Source: Octopus vulgaris (Eukaryota). Taken from it: 64,000 nt of DNA. Position numbers and translations under genes: made by a program. The stretch spans positions 32,488,001-32,552,000 of the forward strand of contig OX597817.1 in NCBI GenBank assembly GCA_951406725.2, given 5' to 3'. Each line of letters begins with the position of its first letter. The stretch's first letter is position 1. The notes under the pieces were generated by a model that saw only the letters and a program-made list of their open reading frames with translations, was not told where the DNA came from and ran no database searches. This document shows positions 12,057-26,200 of the stretch, in pieces.

Positions 12057-14825
12057 GTGAGTATAAGCTGCTGAAAAAGCATTTCTTTTAGATTAATTTG
12101 TAAAAACTGTCTGAACACATACAGAATACTTACTCATAGTTTGGTATTAATGTATATTGGTACCATGTAAAAAGCACCCAGTACACTCTGTAAGGTGGTT
12201 GACATTAGGAAGGGCATCCAGTTTTAGAAAGCATTCTAGTGTAGACATTGTAGCTTGATGCAGTCCTCTGGCTTACCAGCTCTTGTCAAACTGTCTAGCC
12301 TATGCCAGCATAGAAAACGGAATTTATGATAATATCATTAGGTTTAGATTTCAAATCACAGTATTAGTGGAAAATTTAAGAACTCCACCTTTTGGCCTTT
12401 TAATAACTTGCTATTAACGCTCTTCTCTAGTGCTCTTGACAAATCTTCACCTCAAGTGGGTTTTGCTTAGTGTTTAATAGGATGAAGCTGGTGTGGTAGA
12501 TTTTTTAAATAGAATTACTACTGCTATCAACTAACTACTTTCACTGAAAGAAATAAGACTGGCCACAATTGTAGGAGTGTCAAATTAAAGGAGGAGACTG
12601 AGTGGTTGCCGAACCTGCTAGAAATAGCAGCTAATTCTTCAGATTACATCCTACCATTTTAAACAAGGCAAGACACATTGGATACTGTCTGAAAATATGA
12701 TGTTGTAGTCATAGCTGGAATTAGTCTGATAATAGATCAGTTCAATCAGGGTAGACATGCGCCCAAGCACTAACAACAGTGTATAGGACCTTTAACCCTT
12801 TCGTTACTGAATTTATTTTGAGATGCTCAGTGTTTCTTCCAATTATTTTAAATATAACAAAGAATTAAGTAAAATAACATCGTTATCATTAAGCTAGAGT
12901 TAGGGATGTAAATTATGACTCAGGTTTGGTGGAAGATTTTAATTCAGAACTTTTGAAAACCAGACATTTGTACTAAAGAGCCAGAGCCGGTTTCAGCCGG
13001 GTTGGTAACGAAAGGGTTAACAGTCTAAAAACATCTACTGAAATAACTTACAAGTATTAGTTCTTGAATATACATACATTTTTCCCTTCAAATATTGGCA
13101 ATTTAGATCTGATCATCCCAATAAATCTACTATAGTCATCAATTTTGTTTAATTTCACGAGACAGTTTTTTTTTTTTTTTTTTTTTTTTGTCAGTCTCTT
13201 AAACTAGTGGATCAGAAACTTGAGATAATCCCTCGATATTTGCATATATTTGCCCTTAATATGCTATTTTCAGAATTTCTTTGTTTTTTTTTTTTCTGAA
13301 AGGCATTAAATCAATCACTGTTGCAGTGTTTGTTTTGATGATGCATACAATCAGATTATTTAATGCTATGCATTTCACAGTTTGTCTGATAACGTGGGAG
13401 AACATTGTTGCAACACATTAGTGCTTTCTCATTCAATTTCCTTTTCAATTTTCATCACTCCTCCTCCTTCCAATTGCTTTCTGTTTCAATTAAATCATTT
13501 ATTACTCTTATTATTTTTCTCTTCTGGAGCTTAGGATTGAATGTTTGGAGTTGTCTAGCTTTACAGTTATAATTTATATCAAAATAATTTGGGCTTTGGT
13601 TATGTGAGAAATCTGAAAGGATAAGGCTAAAGGGATTGTTTTCGTCCCTTGTATTGCTACCTTGGGTTAATTACATGAAAATGGATAAATCTCCAATCAG
13701 CTGATTTGAAGTGCCATTGGGTTGATGAGATGGGCCTTGCAGATTTGTGTGTGCAGTGGTTGGATGATCCAATAAATCCAGAGACAGTGATAGTTTGCTA
13801 AAGGCAGGGTTTGGAGTTCAGAAAAGATCAAGAGTGTTTCGTGCCGGTGGCACGTAAAAAGCACCATCCGTTCGTGGCCGTTGCCAGCCTCGCCTGGCCC
13901 CCCATGCCGGTGGCACGTAAAAAGCACCATCCGTCCGTGGCCGTTTGCCAGCTCCGTCTGGCACGTAAAAAGCACCCACTACACTCACAGAGTGGTTGGC
14001 GTTAGGAAGGGCATCCAGCCATAGAAACACTGCCAGATCTGACTGGGCCTGATGCAGCCTTCTGGCTTCACAGACCCCAGTTGAACTGTCCAACCCATGC
14101 TAGCATGGAAAGCGGACGCTAAATGATGATGATGATGTGTGTTGGTCAGGGGTGTGTGTTGGAGCTGATACTAATTGGTGTAGAGAGTTCAGGATGGTAA
14201 ATGATTTGGCTTTGGCACTGGCTGCATTGGTTGGTGTAGGAGGAGGAGCTGTAAATATTAAAAGTCATTAAGGATGAGAACTTCAGGGAATGGTAAAGTC
14301 AGCTCAACGTCTTTTCTGCAGAATGAGAGATAACCTAACCATTACTGATGATTGGAGGAGGTCGCAAAGTGGTAAATGGATTTAGGAGAATGTGGAAGGG
14401 AAACAATTGAGCCAGAGTAACTGGAAGCTTTTGTTGCCAACGTCCAGGTGAGTGGTGAGGAGAGTGGATTCTGCATACAAATAATATCTTTGAGTGGAAC
14501 TGGAATGGAGCGTGCAACCTGGGCAGTAGAGAGAAATGGGTGAGAGAATTGTCTCAGTAACAGTGTAATTTGTATTAGAAATAATGATTAAATCAATCTG
14601 GTTTGTAATTGAATGCTCTTTAAATAAAATGTACAATACATATATGCATAATTTATATTTCTGTTTATTATATTTAGGTCTACCCAGGACTTATGGTAAC
14701 ATCAGGATCTATACATTGGATTCTTCATACTCTTAATATTCCAGTTCATATCCGGGATATCTGTGTATTTTTAGCTCCTGTTTTCAGGTATTAGATTCTT
14801 CCAATTCTTTTTTTCTTTTTCAAAT

Positions 14826-14859
<34 letters not shown>

Positions 14860-16877
14860 GTGGCCTGCTCGCTTAGCCAGCAGGGTGGCATCATTTGAAG
14901 GCTAAAACAATGCGAAGTGCATTGTGACCAGCGATGTGTAGCAACATCTGATAGCCTGGTCGGTCACAGTAATATATATATAATAACCCAGTCCACGCCA
15001 TCATGGAAAGTGGACATAAAATGATGATGATGATGACAGTGACTTTGTAAATGAAAGTTTATTTTAATTGAAATAGAAATTTACTGTGTAAAACACTTAT
15101 TGCTTAAGTAATTTGAAGGATCATATACTTTAAAATTATACAAAGTTTATTTATTTTACACCCATGCGGTGCCACATAAAAAGCACCCAGTGCACCCTCC
15201 TGTAAACTTGTTGGCATTAGGAAGGGCATCCAGCCATAAAAACCATGATAATTTTACAAAATATTGTAGAGTTCATGCTCTTCTGAAAATGTGTTTGTGG
15301 CACTTGGCTATGTCTTAGTGACCCAACATCTTGCCTATCATGCTTGATGCTGCTAGTTTTGGGGTATCTCCTTGGTACCAGTGCATTTAATGTCAATTTG
15401 CAGTTAAACATTTGCCAAAATACACCCAGAAAAATAAACAAACAGTAATATTTGAAATTGTGGAAGTGCGTGGCTTAGTGGTTAGGGTGTCAGCATCATG
15501 ATCGAAAGATTGTGGTTTTGATTCCTGGACCAGACGACGCATTGTGTTCTTGAGCAAAACACTTCATTTTACATTGCTCCAGTCCACTCAGCTGGCAAAA
15601 ATGAGTAATGCTGCAATGGACTGGCGTCCCATCCAACTGGGGAACACATACGTCATTGAAACTGGGAAACCGGACCCATGAGCCTGGCTAGGCTTTAAAA
15701 GGCTGCATTTATTTATTATTTAATATTTGAAATTGAGTTTTACCATAACTACTTTGAAAATTTCAAAGTTTGCTTAGTTTATTTATTGTTCTTTTTCATC
15801 ATTGCATTATGAGTTGAATGTGGTGGTGGGAGGGGGTGTCGGTAAAACCATTTGAGTGCCAAAGGCTTATGTGGAAATTTCACTCAGTTATTATGTTGCC
15901 ATACCAAGTTATGCATCTATGTATACGGGTATTGCTAGTTCTTGGTCTGTCAAGCACTATGGTAGGTTATCTTTTACAGATTATCAATGTACTTGCCAAA
16001 GTTCAAATTAAATTAATATCAGTCATCAAGTTAATGTTTTCATTTCACTACATTGTAATTCTAATTTTAATTAAATTTTCAGAATTGTCCCCATTCATCT
16101 TGATCAGATTTGATTAATATTAGTCATTGAGCTTAAATGTTTTCCTCTGCACGTTGCAATTGTAAATTTAATTAATTGAAATTTCTTGACTCACTACATG
16201 AAGTTTATTTACCACTCAACTCCACTATAATGCTAAATATTTATATATTCTGGTAACATGTGAAATTAGGAAGCAGAGTAAACAAGCAATTTGGAATTAT
16301 TTGCTTTCAGAATTATTCAATCACTTCTTGTGAACATCTATTTAGTGCTTTTTAGTGATCTTATCGTAAAAGTTTTAAAAGATAATTCAAGTAATCTTTA
16401 ATATTTTTATAAAATATTGGAAGCATTGGTTAATCCCATAATTCTTCTCAGTATTGATGCCATGAAATGATCAAATTATTCCAGTTTCATTTAATGTAGG
16501 GCAATTCACTGAACTCAATTTCCCAGTATGTTTAGTTCCAGAACATTCTTGGATTGTCTGTTTTACCAAATCAACATATTACAATAATAATATTTCAATA
16601 ATAAGCCTCTAAACCTTTAATTATTCATTTCCAGTGTCTTTAGAGTACCCAACATTGCTGAAAACTGCTGAACATACTCTCTTTACTCTTTTACTTGTTT
16701 CAGTCATTTGACTGCGGCCATGCTGGAGCACCGCCTTTAGTCGAACAAATTGACCCGAGGACTTATTCTTTGTAAGCCCAGTACTTATTCTATCGGTCTC
16801 TTTTGCCGAACCGCTAAGTGACGGGGACGTAAACACACCAGCATCGGTTGTCAAGCAATGCCAGGGGGACAAACACA

Positions 16878-16931
<54 letters not shown>

Positions 16932-19900
16932 CATATATACGACAGGCTTCTTTCAGTTTCCGTCTACCAAATCCACTCTCAAGGCATTGTTCGGCCCGGG
17001 ACTATAGCAGAAGACACTTGCCCAAGATGCCACGCAACAGGACTGAACCCGGAACCATGTGGTTGGTTAGCAAGCTACTTACCACACAGCCACTCCTACG
17101 CCTATATATAAATCATTATTAAATTTGAATGCAGCAATTAACCCTTTTGTTACTGTATTTATTTTGAGATGCTCTGTTTCTCTTAATTATTTTAAATATA
17201 ACAAAGAATTTAGTAAAATAACTTAGTTATCATTCAGCTAGTGTTAGGAACATAGATTGTGACTAAGGTTTGGTGGAAGATTTTAATTCAAAACTTATGA
17301 AAACAAGACATTTGTACTCAGAGCCAGGGCCTGTTTCAGCCGGGTTGGTAACGAAAGGGTTAATATATTGCTGAAGGTGCATGGCCTAGTGTTAAAGTGT
17401 TGTACTCATGATTATAAGTTCATGCTTTAACTTCCCAGAGCTGGCAGTGCATTGTGTTCTTGAGCAAAACACTTCATTTCACATGGCTCCAGTCCTCACA
17501 GTTGCAAATGAATAACCCTGTGAAGAATTGGCATCCTGTTCAGCTGCAATATTGTGATCTCGGCTACTTATATACCATGGAAACCAAGCAGCTGGCCTTA
17601 CGAGTCCCGGGATTTGAGGACAGTAATGTCCAGTGGTTGATCATCATCCTTTAACGTCCACTTTCCATGCTAGCATGGGTTTGGGCGATTTGACAGAGGA
17701 CTGGCGAACCAAATGGCTGCACCAGGTCCCAATCTTGATCTGGCAGAGTTTCTACAGCTGGATGCCCTTCCTAACGCCAACCACTCCGAGAGTGTGATGA
17801 TGATAAATTAATATATAGATGCTGGCATGGCTGTATGGTTAAAAAGTTCACTTCACAAATGTATCAGATTGAAATAGGTTCTGGAGTTGACATGTGGTGC
17901 TGCAGTTCACTTACTAAACCATTAAAAATATACAAATTTATAAGTATAAAGTCATTACTCTTTTACTCTTTTACTTGTTTCAGTCATTTGACTGCGGCCA
18001 TGCTGGAGCACCGCCTTTAGTCGATCAAATCGACCCCGGGACTTATTCTTTGTAAGCCCAGTACTTATTCTATCGGTCTCTTTTGCCGAACTGCTAAGTG
18101 ACGGGGACGTAAACACACCAGCATCTGTTTGTCAAGCAATGCTAGGGGACAAACACAGACACACACACACACACGCATATATATATATATACAACAGGCT
18201 TCTTTCAGTTTCCGTCTACCAAATCCACTCACAAGGCATTGGTCGGCCCGGGGCTATAGCAGAAGACACTTGCCCAAGATGCCACGCAGTGGGACTGAAC
18301 CCGGAACCATTTGGTTGGTAAGCAAGCTACTTACCACACAGCCATTGTGTATAAATCTGAATTAGTTTTTATGCATGACACCACTCAATAAACATCCCTC
18401 TTTGCTGTTGTCTGACCGACTAGAAATTGCAACCAAATCCCCCTCAAATCATATTCTACCATCTTGAAGGAAGGACACATACATATTTAAAAGGATTGGA
18501 TTGTCACAACTGGAATGTCTTTGATCATAGGTCTCCTTGATCAGAGATTACCCTCATGTAATCTCTGATCTAGTTTGAGTGTTATATGTATGTAATCTGA
18601 GAATTATGACAAAATTGAAGAGTAGCAAAAAAAAAAAAAACTCTAATAATTAAAGTGCATATCACATTATTTAAAGTTGCTGTTACAAAAATGTGATGTC
18701 ATAGATCAAAGTAGGTGATGGACTATTAATCTCCAGAATATAGGCATGTCCATCAGTTGTTAGCTGAAAGCTGGGTATAATTTTAATTCTCAGTTCTTAG
18801 TAATCTTTCTGCCTTTTTCTTTCTTTTCTTTTTATTTTTTTGTTACTTTTACTAACTTTGATCTCCTTATATGTATGACCATTTAATAATAATAATAATA
18901 ATTGTGTACAGTGCTCAGGTGCACTACAACTCATCTAAAGTCTATATATTATCAGGTGTAGTTTCGGCGGATTTCGGAAAGCATGAGGGCCTTAAAGGAT
19001 GCAGTGTCATGGCAGTCAACAACTGACGCAGGTAGTTTATTCCATGCTTCAGCAACTCTGAGCGTGAAAAAATGTTTCCGAAAGTCATGGGAGCTGTGTT
19101 GTTTTCTGACTTTGTAGGCATGTCCACGTGTGTTAGACACATGGAGATCAAAAAGGTGTTCAGTGTTGTTGTTGGTGAGGTGATTGATAACTTTGTGGGT
19201 GCTTACCAAGTCCGTCGCCAGACGCCGGAGCTATATTTTTAGATGCTAGTTTAATGTTTTTAGATACTAGTTTAATGTTTATTTGACAAAGCTTCTGTTG
19301 TATGTGTATGTTTAAAAAATTTTAATGACCAAGTTTAAATCGCTCATATTGGTTGGAAATACTAATTCCATAAAATGTTTTGTTTTTTTTTTACCTCTTT
19401 AGTGGTCTCACTGCTTTAGCTACATATTTCTTTACCAAGGAAATATGGAGTTCAGGAGCAGGTCTCTTTGCAGCATGCTTCATTGCAATTGGTAAGTTTC
19501 ATCTTCAATTGTCATAAAACTTAAAAGGAGTGTCTACTACTCTCTTATATCTAACATATTCCATACACCCAATTAACTTCATTTACTTCCTTAAGATCCC
19601 TAATACAGTATTTCAGCACACATATATATGTGTCTGTATGTATATGTATGTGTGTGTGTGTATATATATATATGTGTGTGTGTGTATGTATGTATGTATA
19701 TATATATATATGTGTGTGTGTATGTATGTATGTATATATATATGTGTGTGTATGTATGTATGTATATATATATGTGTGTGTATGTATGTATATATATATA
19801 TATGTGTGTGTATGTATGTATATATATATATGTGTGTGTATGTATGTATATATATGTGTGTGTATATGTATATATATATATGTGTGTGTGTATGTATGTA

Positions 19901-20160
19901 TATATATATATATGTGTGTGTGTATGTATGTATATATATATGTGTGTGTGTATGTATGTATATATATATATGTGTGTGTATGTATGTATATATATATATA
20001 TGTGTGTGTATGTATGTATGTATATATATATATGATGTATGTATGTATGTATATATATATATGTGTGTATGTATGTATGTATATATGTGCGTGTGTATGT
20101 ATGTATATATATATATATGTGTGTGTGTATGTATATATATATAAATATGTATATATATGT

Positions 20161-20202
<42 letters not shown>

Positions 20203-23200
20203 TTTTTTTGTTTTGCTAACCCTGTTACTTTTTAAATGCATTATTGTTTTCAAGTAAAGATACGATTAACAAATGTAATGTTAAAACACATCCCTTTAAG
20301 CTAACAATATTTAATTGTCGGAATAATATGCATTAGACTTAATTAGATAAAATTAGGAAAGGTAATAACTATTGTGTACAATTGATTTATTTCTACTGAC
20401 ATGTTTGGTGACTAATATATTTTGAGCTCAATTGACATAATGATATATTTGATTGATATATTAACCCTTTCGTTACTGTATTTATTTTGAGATGCTCTGT
20501 GTTTCTTTCAATCATTTTAAGTATAACAAAGAATTTAGTAAAATAACTTAGTTACTATTAAGCTAGTGTTTGGAACATAAATTGTGACTAAGGCTTGGTG
20601 GAATATTTGAATTCAAAACTTAGGAAAACAAGATATTTTACCACAGAGCCAGAGCCGGTTTCGGCCGGGTTAGTAACAAAAGGGTTAAACAGTTTCCTAT
20701 AAAATTACTTAGGTTTGCACATGAAAAATATTTCTCTTTCGCTTTTGTTAAAAATTTTTTTTGTTTATTTAAAAAGATATTTTGTATAGTGACCAAAATT
20801 TTGTTAACTCCAAATGACTTTTCTTCTGTTAATATTTAATACCTATATTTCAAACATTTTTTTGTTTCTTGTCTTCTTCATTTGTGTCTCTTTTTTCCTT
20901 AAAATTCACTGTAGTGAACACATACTCACTGTTACTTGCTGAAATATCCACAAAACTGTTCTTTATTATTATTATTTAAATTAATACTGGTTTAGTGAGG
21001 ACATATAAGAATGTAAAATGGACAATAGATGATGACAACAGTGATGATAATGCTGATGTATAGACACAGACATGACTATATTGTTAAGAGGTTTGCTTCC
21101 CAACCATGTGGTCTTTACTTCATGCCCAATGCGTGATACCTTGGGCAAGTTTCTTTTATTACAGCCTCAGGCCAAACAAACCCTTGTGAGTGGATTTGGT
21201 CAATAGAAACTGAAAGAAGCCCATGATATATATTGTATGTATTTGTGTTTACCCTTGTCTTGACATCACATGACGGTGGTAAATGGACATCGCTGTTGTA
21301 CAAGCGATGCTGTTCATTTCTAGTTTTTCATGCAAAGTGTGTCCGGTCATGAGAAATATTATCTTGCCTGGGGACAGGAGGGGCATGTTAGCCTTAACAA
21401 ATTGTCTGACTCATGCAAGCATGGATAAGTGGATGTAAAATGGGTGATGATGTTTATAATTCCACAAGTCTATTGTCAGCTATTTTCAAAAGGTGAGTGA
21501 AGCCTCAAGATACAATGCAGTTGTGTCGTAATTTGACACTATCAGTTCAAAACTCTAGCCACATGTTTTTATACATACTGCTGCCTCTTCAACAACAGAA
21601 ATATTGTTGAACATTTTTATTTATAATACAGTGTTCTATTTTAATATAAAATCCATATTGAATACCGTCCATAACAAAACATTAACCATTTGTTCTCCAT
21701 TGTCTTTAGACTACATTAATAAATAGTATAGAAAAGGCAGCGAGCTAGCAGAAACGTTAGCATGCCAGGCGAAATGCTTAGTGGTATTTCATCTGTCTTT
21801 ATGTTCTGAGTTCAAAATTCCACCAAGGTCGACTTTGCCTTTCATCCTTTCAGGGTTGATAAATTAAGTACCAGTTGCATACTGGAGTCGATCTAATTGA
21901 CTAGCCCCCTCCCCAAAACTTTCGGGCCTTGTGCCTAGAGTAGAAAAGAATATATAGTATATAAATTGTATTAGTATATTAGTCTCTAATAATGTTAGTT
22001 TTTCCCAAATTTCCCACATGTGGCTTTAAAATTTTCCATGCTTTGTTTAGTTTTAAAATATTCAGATCTTGGTCCAAATATAGTGTTAAGGATTTCATTC
22101 TAAAATATCTTCAAACATCTTTTTTTTTTTTATAATTTCTATAGTACCAGGCTACATCAGTAGGTCTGTTGCTGGTAGCTATGATAATGAAGGCATTGCC
22201 ATATTTGCTTTGATGTTCACCTATTATACTTGGGTAAGTTATAGTCTTTGATTTATAATAAACACAAATCCTATAAACACATACTTCCTACATGGATATC
22301 TCTTTTCCATCTAATCTTTCTTTGTCTTCCTCGCTGTCTCTTTTCTCTCTCACACATTTTTGTTTACTAGATATCATTTAATATATTTTACCTTGTATGC
22401 AATTTTTAAAAATCAACTACACCTTGTTTATTTTCTTATAAATCAGTTAAACTGTTTGTTGGTGTGTGTCAGCTTTTTTAGGACTTGCAAGGATTATGTT
22501 AATGTGTGTGATGTCTAGCTGTCCAACCGACTGCTATGTATTGTGCAGTTTTACGCTGTGCATTTGAACCTCAAGTTGTGGGATTTCTTTTCATTAAGCT
22601 GAACAGTGCTAGGTATCTAATACTAGTATCAACATATAACTGCCTGTTTTCACACAAAAAGAATTTAGTTGGGTTCGTAAATGTGATTGTAGACTTGTTT
22701 CCTTGTTCAAAATTAGTTTAGGTTTCTTGTCAGTTATAATAAGGTATCTTGGTTTCAATTACATCAAATATCAATTGAAAGCATGAATAATTAAAAAATT
22801 TTCTCATACTAACTTCTCTCATTTAGTTATTGTCTTAGTTACAGCCTATGTATAATTACTTTGAAATTGCATTTGATTTAGACATTGAAGTTTTACTTAA
22901 CTGCCCTATAAATGTGAATATTTCTGCTTGTTTACATCTATTCTGTTAGGACTGGAGATAATTATGATTTATTTTTGAGGTATGAAATTTGTTGTTTATA
23001 GAAGGGGAAAAGCAGTTTTCCCCAAAACGTTAAAGTCTGTCTCAAGCCACCGGACCCATTATATTGGAGCTTGTACCAGTTTCTGTGGTGTTTAAAGCAA
23101 CAGAGAGTTCTGGACCCACAAACGGGATACCAGTGGGTGGAAGGATTAATTCCCCTGTTGTTGCTGCTGCTCATTTTCAGCAATGTGAAATGAAGAGCGT

Positions 23201-26200
23201 TACCCTAGGACATAATGTGCCATCTGTGAATCAAAATCCATCATCTAATGATGATGAGCTCAACATCCAAACCACTATGCCATATTCCTCCACTCAACAA
23301 CATTGGTGTTGTAAATAAAATGTGAATCAAAAGAGAGTTTTGAACTAACCAGAACTTAACACTGTACTATGGCTAACATCAAGATTTCAAAGGTTTATAA
23401 TATATTGCCAAGACATATGCTTAGTATGTTAATTAGCTTTTATTTCAGTCCTAATAAACTAATTTATTAGTAGATAGATATTGATAATTTGTTTCACCTA
23501 TTTAAATAATTTGGCCCCTGCAAATCATCGGAGATAAAACAAATGTAAAATAATGATGATTTGTGAGAATCTAAATTGAACTTCAATACGTTGGATTAAT
23601 TTCTTTATTTACAAATAATTTCAACTTCAGCAATGGAATGGTTTTAGTTTTGAAACTTCAAGAAATTTCATTTAGAAACTTCTTCTCAACTAAGCTCACT
23701 ATTTTATTGTCATAGTTTGTAGTTTTCAGATAAATATTTATGTTGATTTTTCAATTCTTGTTCATTCTTCTCTTAAATTTCATTAGAAACCGCATTACAT
23801 TCTTGTACAAGATTGACATTTTAGTGTTTAGATAGTGACATGTCTAGCGTTCATTATTCTCATTTTTGTACTTTTTTTTTTTTTTTACACAGACATGAAT
23901 CTGTAACTCTTATTTGATATCACTCAAAAGGTATCCCTTTGAAAACCCATACCTCTCTCTCAACACAAGCATGTCATTTCAGTATTTGATTTTATGACAA
24001 TGCCTTGGTTTAAAATCTGACTGGTCTTAGATTTGTCTTATTAGGTGTTATCTTTCATTAATAAATTTTGCTGTGCAACTTTTTAGTATTGCATTCCATA
24101 GTTACTTGAAGTGCAGTGTTCCCATTAACAGTACTAATAGTAAATTATCTAGCCTAATTATTTTTCTTAGTACTCTAATTCTTATTCTAAACTTTTATAA
24201 AAACAATATTTTTATACATACTGTTTTTGTAAAATGAGACTTCAAAATTTTGACTTTTTCTTTCTTTTTTTTTTTCTTTACACATTTGAGAAGAGAATTT
24301 GAATTTTATTATATTCAAAACCAAAAATATGTAATATAAAATTTAACCCTGTAGCATTCAGATTACTCTTTTAAATGTAATGCTCATTTATTGACATTCT
24401 TTTGACTTAATCATGCATTACCTTGTAGCTTTGAGATTTCTATGATGTGATTGTTTGCTTTTAGCATGACATTGTAGGGTAGGTGTAAGAGACTAGATTT
24501 GGCCTGTTTAAATGCTAAAGGGTTTAAGCAGTAGTGTAGCCCAGATTTGACGTGGCTATTCGAGTATGATCGTTAGCAGCATCGCCTTACTGGCACTTAT
24601 GCCTGTGCTAGTAGGGTGCCAAGAGCACCATCTGAGCGTGATCGTTGCCAGAGCAGCCAACTGGCTTCCGTACCCGTGGCACATAAAAGGGCACCATTTG
24701 AGCATGATCGTTACTAACGTCACTTCACTGGCACGTGTAAAAAGATTCGAGCGAGGTCATTGCCAGTAGTGCCTGACTGGGCCCCGTACCAGTGGCACGT
24801 AAAAAACACCCACTACACTCTCAGAGTGGTTGGCATTTGGAAGGGCATCCAGCTGTAGAAACTCTGCCAGATCAAGATTGGAGCCTGGTGCAGCCATCAG
24901 GTTCGCTAGACCTCAGTCAAAATCGTCCAACCCATGCTAGCATGGAAAGCAGACATTAAACGATGGTGGTGGCGGCGGTGGCTCTAATTTAAATTTGAGA
25001 GAATTTAGAAAGCAATAGAGTATCACTTAAGATTTATGTTATATAATTCATACAAGTAATTGATACAGGAAATGAAATTGAAACTTCATGTAAACTGACT
25101 GAGATCCAATATCTAAATACATTGCTGCTACTAACAAGTTGCACAGATCATACGTTGATGATGTAGCTTAATGTTTCACTTATTTTTGGTATTTCGTTAC
25201 TTAGATGAGTCAATTATTTTGTTAGTTGTAGTATAATGTCAAATGTCAAAGTTTCCTCATGAAAAGGTTTGCTACCTGTTGCCGTTGTTGCAACTCAATA
25301 TACAAAATAGGCATTTGGGATGCAGATTTCATCATGGAACTTGCATGTTCATTCATACATACAGTAAAAGCTGGAAAGAAGAAAATATGGAGAGACTTGA
25401 ATAGGTGTGTTTATGATCCATTGGCTGTGTAATAGGAGCATACAGAGACTGAGTGCAAATGAACTGGGAATGCAGTTAGGCATGAGGCATTGACACGTAC
25501 ATGCAAAACAGATTTGTCGTAATTTGGACAATTGGTGAACAAGTGTTGTGAGCTAGATAAGATTTGAATTAGAACTATCAACTTCTGAAGCATTCATTAG
25601 AACTGAGCTACTTGACATCACACCATATTGTACAGGACAAGGTCCTCTTAGGACCAATACAATTAGAGATGGATTAACTTATTGAAGTTGGATTTAATTT
25701 TAGAGAATTATACATGTTTCTGTAGATGACAAATGATATTGATACTTCCTTGGATAAATTCAAATATCTGAATTTGTAAAATGTATTAATCAAACCAGGA
25801 ATGGTTATATGGTTAAAGAGTTTACTTAGCAACTTCAGTTCAATTCCACTGCACTGCAACCAGGCCGTGTGTTTTCTAACCTAGTTTTGGGTTGCAAACA
25901 GAAGACAGTGAACAGAAACTCTGCATGTGTATTCGTGTGTGTGAGTATTTGTGTATGTGAATGTTAGTGATAACAAACAAGAAAAAAGTAACCAATACCA
26001 GGCATACTTGTGATTTAATATAGATTTAAATGTGATTTAATATAGATTGTACTTGCTATATGTACTTGATATATGTTAAGGCGGCGAGCTGGCAGAAATG
26101 TTAGCACGCCAAGCGAAATGCTTAGCGGTATTTCGTCCGCCGTTACGTTGTGAGTTCAAATTCCGCCAAGGTCGACTTTGCCTTTCATCCTTTCGAGGTC

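Noticed and set aside
13840-13980. CRISPR-like recurring ggcacgtaaaaagcacc repeats with spacers
   Set aside because: Spacers are related to each other, the arrays are part of a dispersed RTE 3'UTR, the context is eukaryotic and there are no cas genes
19530-20257. Longest ORFs in the track (up to 217 aa)
   Set aside because: Translations of a TA/TG microsatellite with no coding character
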